Shown here one piece after another: positions 13,674 through 25,104 of a stretch of 64,000 nucleotides of DNA. The notes beneath the pieces were generated by a model that saw nothing but the letters and a program-made list of their open reading frames with translations, was not told where the DNA came from and searched no databases. Numbering within the stretch: the stretch's first letter is position 1; every line of letters begins with the position of its first letter. The stretch is taken from NCBI RefSeq assembly GCF_963921235.1, contig NC_086107.1:110238001-110302000 (forward strand), read 5' to 3'. Source of the stretch: Mobula hypostoma. Lineage: Eukaryota. Both the position numbers and the translations under genes were made by a program.

Positions 13674-15002
13674 TCATGTTAGTGGTTCCTGCTTTATGAC
13701 ACAGCTTTGCAAGAAGATCCCACTATTTTTCCCAGGCATTGTGCTGCTATTTAATGCCGCTACATTCCCTGCAGAAGATGAAGTTCCTGGCTGTGATTCA
13801 TGTACTACAGAGCTTGGAGTTGTGTAAATGTAGTTGAATCCTGCATCATCTAACATGTCGGACCAGGCTCGGTACTGAAAGTCAGCAGCTCCCCAGTAGT
13901 TTCTAATACTGGATTCTGAGCGGTGCCCAGTAAGTGCCATGATCTCCCGTGCTCCAAGGCCTGCATCGCACAGGAGGCGAACAGTCGTGGTTCTGAGCGA
14001 ATGGTTGGTATACCTCTGGGAGAGTCTGGCAGCAACACTGATCCTAGGCATCATGCTTCCCAGATAGTTTACCCCCATTGGCTCACGTTTATACCAGACA
14101 GGTTGCTCACGTAACTGTTCTGGTGTTAATTTTAGAGGGTGAAGGTAAAAAGCAGGAGGGTCAGGTGGCCGCTTAGATATATAAAGTTCAAGTGAAGTGA
14201 CTGGACAGTTTGCATCGCCTGGCATATCATACATCCGACCCAGCTTCAGCGGGTCTCTGCTTTTCCCAGTATATTTTAGCATTGCATAGCGCCGTCCGTT
14301 GGAGTCTTGCTTAATAACAAAAGCGTTTGGAGGGAGGTCCCTAAGGATTTCCCGCCCACGCTTGGCAAAGTGCAACTGCAGGTCAAACCAGACTTTGTTC
14401 ACGAGTGCCAGGGGTGTATGAAGTCCGAGGACCCCCGATGTTCTGATCTTCTGTAGGTCACCTGCATTAATGGGAGGGTGGTGATTTGTTTCATCCTTCC
14501 CTTGCTTTCTTAGTATCTTAAGCACACCCAGAAACACATTATTGGCACCGCTGAATTCTTTATCCTGCATCAGGCAGATTTGCCGGCTGTAAGGAGGCAT
14601 CTTAAGGTGCCTATTTAAACCAGCTCGGATTGATTTATAACTGGAGATACTGTAAGTGTTACCATCATGATTCCTCACTGTGCCATAAAACTCTCTCAAA
14701 ATACCATTAAGTTCTTCCACTGATATAGCTTCAAATTTATCATCTTTTCCCTTTTCAATGAGCCACTGTTTTAAGATATTCACTGCCCAATCTGTCTGCT
14801 TGCGTGTGTTCTTCTCGTTGCGTTCCTCCTCGAGACCAATGAGATCATCTTCCGTCACACTACCGTGCCGTCGGGTTCCATCTAAAAGCGCGTCACTGGC
14901 AACGTGTTCATCTGCCAATTGGTCCTCAAAACTGAGCAGTGTGCTGCCATCGAAAATGCCATAGGTGTAGAGTGGGGAGTGAGGCGCTGTTTTTTCGGAC
15001 AG
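13674..15002 (-). CDS. Crypton-derived tyrosine recombinase / DUF3504-like alternative terminal exon of ATF7IP (442 aa)
   Basis: The 414-aa ORF (TTG start in the track) stays open for 28 more codons up to acceptor caattcacag|CTG at 15002 (phase 0). Motifs: NTRKQTDWAVN, LREFYGTVRNHDGNTYS, KRGRE, CPV, WY..EPMGVN, TNHSLR, TGHRSESSIRNY. Confidence 0.88.
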   Translation of the reverse strand: MSEKTAPHSPLYTYGIFDGSTLLSFEDQLADEHVASDALLDGTRRHGSVTEDDLIGLEEERNEKNTRKQTDWAVNILKQWLIEKGKDDKFEAISVEELNGILREFYGTVRNHDGNTYSISSYKSIRAGLNRHLKMPPYSRQICLMQDKEFSGANNVFLGVLKILRKQGKDETNHHPPINAGDLQKIRTSGVLGLHTPLALVNKVWFDLQLHFAKRGREILRDLPPNAFVIKQDSNGRRYAMLKYTGKSRDPLKLGRMYDMPGDANCPVTSLELYISKRPPDPPAFYLHPLKLTPEQLREQPVWYKREPMGVNYLGSMMPRISVAARLSQRYTNHSLRTTTVRLLCDAGLGAREIMALTGHRSESSIRNYWGAADFQYRAWSDMLDDAGFNYIYTTPSSVVHESQPGTSSSAGNVAALNSSTMPGKNSGIFLQSCVIKQEPLT

Positions 15003-16164
15003 CTGTGAATTGCGGAGTAATACGTAATTTTTTGATATGATACTTTAAATATTAAAAAAAAAACAAATTATCCAGCAGGTGGTGCTTGTTATTAATGTTT
15101 CCGCAAGGGTGTGCCAATACTCAACAGCGCACATCCCAATAACCAATCACTTTAACACATTACAAACCATGGCATTACATATTGTCACTCAATAAACAGC
15201 AGAAAAACCCAAACTGGCTTTGAGTTTGGAAAAGGAAAATAACACTAAATCTCTATCATAGCTGGCAAATCTTTCAGCTACTGAGAAATCATGATTCCAA
15301 ATGGGGAAGAAAGCATCCATATCATGTCTGTATTCTCTAGAAGAACTGGAAAAATTTTATTGCTGTAGAGAAGAGAATCTGTAATAGAAATGGGAAAAGG
15401 CTTACAATGTTTGATAAATGAACCTTGACTGATTGAACAACTTGTGTGTCAGCACTTTGATGTGCTTCATCCGTATGCGGAGACTAAATGCTGTTCTGAG
15501 GCAAAGCAGCTAATCACATCACAATTTCCACTGTGTTGAAGCATTCGGAAATATTTTAGCCGCAAACTTTGAGGAGTGAATGGAGCCGTACTATGCTGTG
15601 CTGTTCTAGTTTCATTCAGAGAATCTTTCCAGTTTATTTAGAGAATGCACAATTGTTAACAAATTTTACCCTTCCATTTTTTTTAAATAAACAGTGGTTT
15701 GTACAATTGTCTTCTTTGTGGCAAGGGGAAGTTATAAATGCACAACTTAAGGCTTTCTGCCCTCCCTTCACATCACACCTCTGAGTATTTGTGGAAGTTT
15801 ACAACTTAGCATCTCAAATTTTAAGATATGAAGACAGTGAAAAGCTGTGGCATCTCTTTCAGATCAGATCCCTTGTGGACTTAGTAAATTTATCAACGAA
15901 AGGCTTGGTTATTTTATAATTTACTGACAGTGGAGAAGTTAACCTGAAGAGCATGTCACTCCTTAGTGGGCCAGTGGAGCAAGCAGGTCCATGTCCAACT
16001 AACCTGAGAGTGGAACAATATGAAGATTTTGGGTTGACCATCTTCCTTTACAGACAACAGCCAGGAATAACTGTACTATTCCACTAGCCACACTGGTCAG
16101 CAGTCTCAACTTAATGAACTATCAATGAAGCTAAAAATCGTCTGGATAAATGTGCTACACCCAC

Positions 16165-16256
16165 CTGGTTGCCACTAGGGGATGCCTTCTTGGTGGCTGT
16201 TGACTCTCCTGGAACCGCTGTAGAATGTCTCTGGGTGGCCTGACTGAGGCTACTTT
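16165..16256 (-). CDS. ATF7IP: ATF7IP coding exon (ESSLSQATQR...KKASPSGNQ), last shared exon before the recombinase exon
   Basis: ctttactcattaacag| acceptor, CAG|gtgggt donor; 92 nt, phase 1-0. Confidence 0.82.
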
Positions 16257-17629
16257 CTGTTAATGAGTAAAGGCAGTTCATTAATATTTCAGTTTGACAC
16301 AAGGATGATAGAAAGATTAAAGACATTTTCATTCAAAGTATCTTTGTCCCAACAATCGCTACAATACTTACCTTTCTTCTTGGTTGCAAGTGCAATTCTA
16401 GTTTTAAAATGAGCTCCAGCAACTTGAACAAATATTTTTCTTACAACTCCAATTGAAGCTCAACAAAAAAGGTGCCACAGAAGGCAATGACGCATCTTGA
16501 AATTGTCCCTTAAATCATAAGCACTGGCCCTTTACATTCTGCTACCTCATTTTCAATTGTCTTTGTTTTGACCGATGTGGTAAACACCACAGTTCTAGCT
16601 CTTTAAAAATCTGTGAGTCATTTGTGCTACTATTAGTATTGGCTGTCCACATTTTCATCACTTTCTGCAGTTTTTCTAATTTATATCTAGATCCAAAAAG
16701 GTGATAGGTCATACATCAATTGCTTCCTTTCATGATTTCTGGGACAAATTCAATGAAAATTTAAATGAGTTACATTGGTCGTATTTTCAAATTTAAATGA
16801 ATTGATTCTGTTAAACTCACAGACATGATAATAGGAGGTGGCTATGTTTTACTTACTTTAGTCTAGTCCATTGTTAAATACATGTTGTTATGCAAAGTAG
16901 CTTTTCTACTTTTTGAATTTGTAGGGATTAAAAGCTTTAACTACAAAGCTCAAAATATTGTTTTTCAGGACTAAAAGGGTACCTCATATAGTGCAAGGTA
17001 TTATTCCACTAGGTGTAACTCACTAATCTGTAAGTATTACACTTCTTTTACCACTTCTTTCACCACTATTACCAGTTCTTTTAACCTGATGTAGTACGCA
17101 ATACCATCTCAGCGCATCTATAATCTTCTATCATATCAACACAAGCTTTTAGTAGTGATGGCCATGCGATTTCTTCACCAAAGCCATGCGGTTTTCCTCT
17201 ATTGCCCAGGTGAGTGAGATTGCCTCTCTGTTTTATTCTTCTCTATCTAGCACAGCCCTGAGGTTCTCCTTGAATAGCTTGTTTCCTGCTCAGTTGTGGA
17301 AAACACCAAGGAACAGCCCATTACCTTCCTGCTTCTCACCCTAATATTACCCTCAATTTCATTATCTAAAAATAGGCCAGCCTTCAAAAATATGTCAACA
17401 CTTGACTCTGCACAGCAACACCAGATAATGACACCAGTTCATCATAAATAATATCTTCTAATTACATATTACGGGGTGGCGATCCCTGAACTGAGATTTT
17501 CATTTAAATACGAGGAAAATCTTGGTCCTCACCAGGAATCAGTTCTGTATAAACTGGAGGTAAACCAGTAAGCTTCTTGTGACATTGTTGGCTGCTGATT
17601 GGATTGAATGCTGAATAACTGCATTTGAT

Positions 17630-18930
17630 AGAACATAGAACAGTAAGCATAGCACAGGAACAGGCCCTTTGGCCCACAATGTTCTGCTGAAGCAGCTAAA
17701 AATTAAATTAAAAAACCCCCAAAACTAATCCCCCCTACCTACACAACATCCACATCCCTCCATCTTCCTCATATTCATGTGCCTATCCAAATGTCTCTTA
17801 AAAGCCTAATGTACCTCTACCACGATACAAAGCAGCTCATTCCAGGCATCCTCCACTGAATAAAAAAACTTAACTCGCACATCCTCTTTAAACCTACCCT
17901 CTCTCGACTACAATGCATGCCCTCTGGTATTAGGCATTTCTACCCTGGGAAAAAGATACTCTCCACCTACTCTATCTATGCCTCTCAATCTTTTAAACTT
18001 CTATCAGATCTCCCCTCAGCCTCCGTTGCTTCAAAGAAGCAACCCAACTTTGTCCAACCTCTGATGATAGTACATACCCCCTAAACTAGGCAGAATCCTG
18101 GCAGGTCTCTTCTGCACCATCTCCAAAGCCTCAAAATCCTTCCTACAGTGGCACGACCAGAACTGTATGTAATGCTCTAGATGTGGCCTAACCAGAGTCC
18201 GATAAAATTGCAACATATCCTCTTGACTTTTAAAGTCAATGCCATGACTAATAAAAGCATTTCATAAGCCTTCTCATCGACCCTATTGACTTGTGTATCC
18301 ACTTTCAAGGAGCTATGAACTTGGACCCCAAGATCTCTCAGCTCAGCAACACTGTTAAGGGTCTTGCCACATTAACGCACATTTATCTGGGTTAAATTCC
18401 ATCTGCTATTTCTCTGCCCATATCTGCAACTCATCTATATCGCGCTGCATACTTTACCAGTCTTCTACACTACCCACAACTCCATCAATCTTGGTATCAT
18501 CTTCAAATTTATTAACCCACATCTACATTCTCATCCAGGTCTTTTATATACATCACAACAACAGAGGTTTCAGCACAGATCTTTGTGGAACACCACACAC
18601 TTCACTCCATGCTCAACTACGTCCCTTCAACCACTACTCTCTGTCTTCTATGCACAAGTCAGTTCTGAATCCAAACTGCCAATTTGTCGTGGACCCCATG
18701 CATCCTAATCTTATGGATTAGCCTCCCATGAAGGATTTTGTCAAATGTCTTACCAAAATCCATGTAGACAACATTTACTGCTCTACCTTTACCAATCTCT
18801 CATCACTTTGTCAAAAAACTCAAGTCAAGGTGGTAAGAGCCATGCTGGCTCTCCCTAATTATGCCCTGGGTTTCCAAGTGCTCCTATATCCTATCCCTAA
18901 GAATTTCCTCCAGCAATTTCCCTACAACTG
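17630..18930 (-). mobile_element. CR1 LINE 3' remnant
   Basis: LQFYRTLVRPHLEH..QFW is a CR1 RT C-terminal motif, with a TTCTATGTTCTA-type tail. Confidence 0.8.
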
Positions 18931-20424
18931 ACATTAGATATTTCACATTATGCTATACTACTGCTATAGTGGAATCTGTCCAACAATTTTTTTTCTCCCT
19001 TTTAAGACCAGTCTAAGTATACATACAAGCCTGAGGTTACTCAGGTTTTAATAAATATGAAAGAATTTTTACAAGTTTGCAGGCATAAAACAATCAGTTT
19101 GCTGCACCACTCCAAATATAGCAGCATATCTGATATGAGGTTGGTCACAATAATTCTGACAATATGCCACTGTACAAAGAACATTTTCTATTGTGTACCA
19201 TGCAATATATTACCTTGGTAAGAACTTGCCTTTTAAGTGTTAGGAAAACATTTGCGTTGGATACTCAGACCACCTGGTACGCCAGCGAACTGGTATTTTC
19301 AAGCTCTACTCAGATCCAGCTACAAGTCCGAAATATAATAGCAAAATTGCTACCTTATTTTGCTTTGTAAGTATTTTGTTATTTGGGCATGCCGACACAT
19401 TCTCACCATGGTCTCACAAGCTGTTTCAAATTTACTAACAGAAGCAATGAACAGCACATTTGCAGCATTTTCTGTTTTTTTGTTAAATCCCAGAAGTCCA
19501 ATGTACACTGTAACCCAACGTTACTGACATATAATAATAAGCCTTTATACGGCTGAAGTTCCAGAAGCACGGTTAAGGGCAAGTGGGAAACTAATTTACC
19601 TCAGTTGCAAGGTTCATTTAAGTGTTAGCTATACTTGCTTAGTCTACCCTTTAATTCCTGAACTGTCAATTAAAGGGGCCAATGAATCACTAAACAAATT
19701 CAGTAAGATGCATTTCAATAAACCAGAATTTAACCAACTTAGTTGGGAATGAGGGAATAGGGATAAAATATAAGAATAAAGTCAGCATTTTCTTATTTCA
19801 GACTCCAGACAATTCCAGCATCAGTGCTCCTTCAACTCTTCTGCAGGTTACCGATAAATTTATATGTCAGAGAATCAGCAGGTGGTCTTTCAGTCCATCA
19901 TTGTTATGCTAGCACCTTGGAAGACCAACAGAGCTACCGGAGAGGTCAATATCAAAATCAGAACACCAGCAGCTCCAGTAGCTGCATAACCGAGCAGACT
20001 TACTTTCCAATTCTTTCACAGATCTCTGCAAATTTCTTCAAGTACATTACTTTTTAAAATTGATTTTATGATTACATTTCACTCTCCCTTCATGGTATGC
20101 TTGCCAGAATACAGATTTTTTTCTCTCCAATTTCCCCTCCCTACCATTCTTCATCGTTACTCTGATTACCTTTTAATCCTAGGACGTCTGGTTACTAGCC
20201 CATCTGACAATGGGATTAGTTCCTCTTTTGAGCAGCTCTATTAAGTCTCCCTTTAACCTACCCAAACAACCCTCAGTTCCTTAGACTCCATATCACTAAA
20301 GTCCCTCATCTTTAATAACCCTCCCTCAAAGTATTGTTATTCCTTCCAAAATGTTATATCCTGAAATGAATATTAAGTTCCAGCAGAGGTCTAGTCTGTG
20401 ATGCCAAAGGTGCATCTACTGAAT

Positions 20425-20650
20425 ACTGACTTGAAGGGGATGAATAGTTATGCAATCAATTATTTTATGTTTTATATTTGTCATTAATTTAGATTACTTT
20501 GCAGAGATTTGTTTTCACGTTGACATGAAAAAGTCTTTTTCTGTTGATCAGTGTCAAAAAAGCCAAATTAAATCCACTGTGATTCAAAGTTGTAAAACAA
20601 TAAAACATGAAAACTTCCAAAGGGGGTAGTCAATACCTTTTATAGGCACT
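20425..20650. mobile_element. Tc1-like terminal fragment
   Basis: Internal direct repeats AAGGGG..GAATA..T and terminus TTTTATAGGCACT-ATA, similar to Tc1 IR/DR ends. Confidence 0.45.
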
Positions 20651-20815
20651 ATAGGTAAAACCTTTTCACAGCTTAACAACACGGAAAAATTACAAATTTA
20701 TTGACAGTAAAAGGCAGCACAATAAAACCCAGCAATATGATGCTAACTTAATGAATGCACAGAAGACATAATTTCAATATGAACATACAGCTTGCTGCAC
20801 ACGAGTTGTCATTAC

Positions 20816-21436
20816 CTGTTCTGGAGGTTCCTGTATTGGTTGTATCTGAACTGGTAGGTAAAGGCTGACCTGATGACACAGACATTTGCCCTTGGCTGTA
20901 AGTCTGTGAAGGCCTTGGCTGTATTGCAGGCCTAGAAGTTGTTGAAGGGCTAAAATGTCCTGGAGAGTTCAAAGATTGCTGTGACGTCCGGGAAATTTGG
21001 GGTGAAAGAACAGTCTGAGTACTAGTCACAGAAGCAGTCTGACTGGAAATTGCGCTACTGATTTGCATTGATCCCATCGTTGCAGGGGACTTCCTCTGGA
21101 CTCCTGGGCTTGGCAAAGAAGTACTAGCACCATTTGTTTTTGCTACATTTGCTGGCATTTGTGATGCGAGTGACTTCGGGAGGTTGTTAAGCGAGGGTTG
21201 GGACTGAACAGGTAAAAATTCCAGTCCGGGCTGCTGGTTGGTCACCAAGGTGTTTGGTGACGCCTGCAGGAGCTGAGGTTGGGAAGACATTGCCACTGGA
21301 ACGGTAAGTAATACTGGCACTGACTGTAGAGATACTGGCATAGGCTGGTTACTGCCAGAGGTTGGCAGTGACTGATTGGTTCCTACCACTGCGGCAGTTG
21401 CTGGGAGCAGAGGAGGAAGCACACGACCAGATGACC
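20816..21436 (-). CDS. ATF7IP: ATF7IP S/T/P/Q-rich coding exon
   Basis: SLQSVPVLLTVPVAMSSQPQLLQ and TLVTNQ..EFLPVQS resemble ATF7IP. ttttgccgttgcag| acceptor, ACAG|gtaatg donor; 621 nt, phase 1-1. Confidence 0.9.
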
Positions 21437-22211
21437 CTGCAACGGCAAAACATCCTTTAATTAGAGTCTGTAAATAGTATATACTTCCTACTCCAATTCA
21501 TCCACTATAATGGCCCCCACCCATGCAGTTGGCTAGTCTGGTGGTTAAGCCTTTAATTTGACTGATGGTAGGATTGCAAAATGGGCAGGGCCAATTCAGA
21601 TATGTTGTACAACCCTTTGGTGCCTAAACACATGACACAATGGGGCAGTAGGATACAGATTTAATATTGTGGTACCATATGAACCAACTGCTGATGCTTT
21701 CCCAGAAGACGTGAAGAGAGCAAGTCATTAAGCCGAAAACACAGCAACACTGGCATCTCATTATATTAAAGTTAACAAGATAACTGTTTTAAATGTGAAT
21801 GAAATTGATGGGTATCTACAAATTCTTATAATACCCTAAATTACTTTCTAACAAATCAGCAATTATCTTTTTCTCTTATCTGGATGGCAAATATGTTAAA
21901 TCGCAAAACTTATGATTAAATCTCAAACAAAAAAAAGTTGGCAAATTGGATGCTTAAAATAATATTAACTGTTTTAAGTCCTGCTCTCTCTTCTGCTCTT
22001 CAGGGCAACACATAATCAGAAAATATAAAAGTTATAAAACTTTGCTGGAAACCAAATAGGTCCAGTAAAGAAGCCAGTGATTTGAATCCTAAGGAAAGAA
22101 GAAATCACCCGAATTTCTCTTCTGAAAAGCAGAATTTTCTTCCTCAATTAAAAGTAGTAAAACATTATATTCTCACAAATCAGTTCCTTTGGAGCCACAT
22201 CCTGCAGTTTA

Positions 22212-22498
22212 CAGTAAAACTCCATTAACCTGGCATGCTCAGAATTAGGCAGTGCTGGACTGGCAGATTTTCTGTATTATTTGATGTTGTTTTACTTAAT
22301 GCTCCAACACACTTTTAATTTATTTTTCAAAGACGTCACACAGTAGTATAATAAATATGCCAGTGAAACCAGTGTGCTTCAGGGGAAAGTGAGATACAGG
22401 TGGCCCAGGCACTTCAAGGGAGCAGGGCCGACATGACAGAAGATGCTGAATGACTGGGATTTCCCATACTTGGATAGTGGATTGTTAGAATTTTACTG
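22212..22498. mobile_element. Tigger/pogo-type MITE
   Basis: TA|CAGTAAAACTCCA ... TAGAATTTTACTG|TA: TIRs with a TA TSD. Confidence 0.7.
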
Positions 22499-22614
22499 TA
22501 ACTAGCAGGTCCGGCAGGCATGCTAGGATTCTGCTGAGAGACGAAAGAGAGTAGAGTAAATGCAAGTGCAGTTAGAAGATACTATGCAATGGCACTGAAT
22601 TGTTCTGCAAGTAC

Positions 22615-22703
22615 CTTTATTACTGGAATTTGTAGAAGGCTGGACTGCTGCTGAAATATCTGCCATATTTCTTCTTAAATCCAGCATCTGCCTTACTGTT
22701 CCA
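22615..22703 (-). CDS. ATF7IP: ATF7IP coding exon (GTVRQMLDLRRN...SSNK)
   Basis: GTVRQML motif is conserved in ATF7IP. ttttcag| acceptor, AAG|gtactt donor; 89 nt, phase 2-1. Confidence 0.9.
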
Positions 22704-23790
22704 CTGAAAACAGAAAACAACAAGGAACAAAGCTTATTACAATCCTTGCCACTTGCTGATTTTTTTCTAAGGTGAAATTTATATCACAATTAAAAAAAAG
22801 TCATTTGCTGAGGGCACAAAATAATGGACCTGGAAATAACCCTAAATTCACCATGGATAAAGATTATTAGATAGGTTGGAGGGAGGGGAGAAATAGAAAG
22901 AAAAATATATTACCTAGAACACAGAATAGAGAATAGTATAGCACAGTATAGGCCCTTCAGCCCACAGTGGTGTGCTGATCTTATAACCTACTCTGAGACA
23001 AATCATTGTCTTTCCATAATGATCTTTCATATTACTTTTCCTGACACAAAACCCTCCATTTTTCCATCATTCATTATAATTATAAAGTTAACAACACAAA
23101 TGCAATCTGAGTTAGGATAATTTTAATGACAACGAGACGGACTACAGGTTAATGCTGGGGCCATTAAAGAGAAGCTAATTGCCCAGTGAAGTTATCGGCA
23201 TCACATTTAGTGAGGAAATTAAACATTAAGAAAGCAAACGGTGAATTATAAATAAATGGAAGTAGACAGAGTTGTGAAAGTTCTCTCAGATATGGGGAAA
23301 AAGGAAGATAAAAGCTGATATTAAGTCAGAAATGACAAATGCTTGAGTGTTCAATTGTAGCTGAAAATTTCTAGCATTAGCAATATCCTGAGGCAGTATT
23401 TACCTCAGATCCAAACAAATTTGAGCACAGTTAATTCTTTAAAGAAAACCTCCTGGATTTACATCACAAGTTCCGCAAAGGTAATCTTTGCTAAACTACA
23501 GCCAGAAAGAATGAAGGAAAATTCCAGTGCTCCATGGAGGTACAAAGAGTTAGAAAATTCAACTTTCTGACCATCGAGTGGATACTGATATGTAGGAAAT
23601 AAACTGTAAACACCCAAATACTTTTCTTCCATCTGCAGTAGAAACACTTCAATTGCACTAGCTGAAGTGCAATAATCTCCAACAAGAACCCCATTTATAC
23701 ATGGAATTCCATTTGGGATAGACAATTCTGAATAATACTGAGTGAGACAGGATGGCATGGTAGCACAGCAGCTTGTGTAACACCGTGTAG

Positions 23791-24421
23791 CAGCGGTCCC
23801 CAACCACCGGGCCGCGAGGAAACGATATGATTTGGCGATATGAGTCAGCTGCACCTTTCCCGTATTAGCCAGGACATCCCTTATATTGGGCTAAATTGGT
23901 TTGTCCCATACGGGACCACCCTTGTCCCGTTTTTCCCCCTCTAAGGTAGAGCGTTCTTATGAAACCGTTCGTAAGCGGAAATAGCGTAAAACAAAGAAGC
24001 AATTACCATTAATTTATATGGCAAAAACTTTTGAGTGTTCCCAGACCCAAAAAATAACCTACCAAATCGTACCAAAAAGCAGGAATGATATGATAATTAC
24101 ACAGCCTATATAAAGTAGAAATAATGTATGTACAGTGTAGTTTCACTTAACAGAATCGGGAAGATTAAGCCAAAACCGATTTGTAGAAAAAACCCAGCAG
24201 GTGCACGCATGCGCACACAGGTGCCCCCGCAAGGCTTCATGGTCATGGTAGTCTTTCTCGGGGTAAACACAAGTGTCCCGTATTTGACTGCTACTTTTGT
24301 CCCTTATTTGGGAGTGAGAAAGTTGGCAACCCTACTTGAACACCGCCCCCCACCCCCCAGTCCGCAAGAATATTGTCAATATTAAACCAGTCCGCGGTGC
24401 AAAAAAGGTTGGGGACCCCTG
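23791..24421 (+). mobile_element. Composite hAT MITE (copy 1), inserted in a SINE
   Basis: CAGCGGTCCCCAACC ... GGTTGGGGACCCCTG termini. Highly similar to 36511-37244. Confidence 0.8.
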
Positions 24422-24649
24422 CTTTATAGCACCAGTTCAATTCCCACCGTTGTCTGTAAGGAGTTTTTATGCTCTGCCTGTAACCTCCTGGGTTTCCTCC
24501 CACATTTGAAGGACTTGTGGGTTAGTAGGTTAATTGGTCACATGGGTGTAATTGGGTGCCACTGGCTCGTTGGGCCAGAAGAGCCTGTTTGTGCTGTACC
24601 TCTACATTTAAGTTTCTAAATATAAATCTAATATCTTAGATTTCAAATA

Positions 24650-24870
24650 CAGAGGATTCCTGTTAATTGGGGCAAATGCTTATTTGGGATAACTCTTAAA
24701 AGAACAAAAACTAATCAAGAAAACAGCCAGGGTTCCCTTCGTTTATTTGGGACACTATGCTGCTTAACTGGGACAGGAGACTGTTGCCTAACAGTTGCTA
24801 ACTAGCGTCGGACGCGAGTACTTGTGTGGCCGTTAGACACTACACTGTGCTTAGATGTGGAACTGTACTG
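24650..24870 (+). mobile_element. Tigger fragment, same family as 9932-11670
   Basis: TA-CAGAGGATTCCTGTTAATTGGG TIR, followed by sequence resembling the reverse complement of ~11450-11670. Confidence 0.65.
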
Positions 24871-25104
24871 CATCTGGCTGCCTTGGCTCATGGGCCAATT
24901 CATATTACAAGACATGTACTAAAACAGCAGCCAGAAACATTCTGCCCGCATCTGAATCTTCATGTAAAATCACTTCACAATTTTGTAATGTTTATCTCTG
25001 GGTGAATCTTTTAAAGAAGTTCTTTCCCTTCCTTTTATATTATGTATCTCAATTTTTTTTCCTTTTATCCTATTTTAATTGGCATCAAAGGAGGATTGGA
25101 ATCT

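Noticed and set aside
13674..14918. Stand-alone phage/bacterial integrase or contamination
   Set aside because: The motifs are Crypton/DUF3504-type, the start in the track is TTG, and the ORF has a phase-matched splice acceptor within a vertebrate gene.
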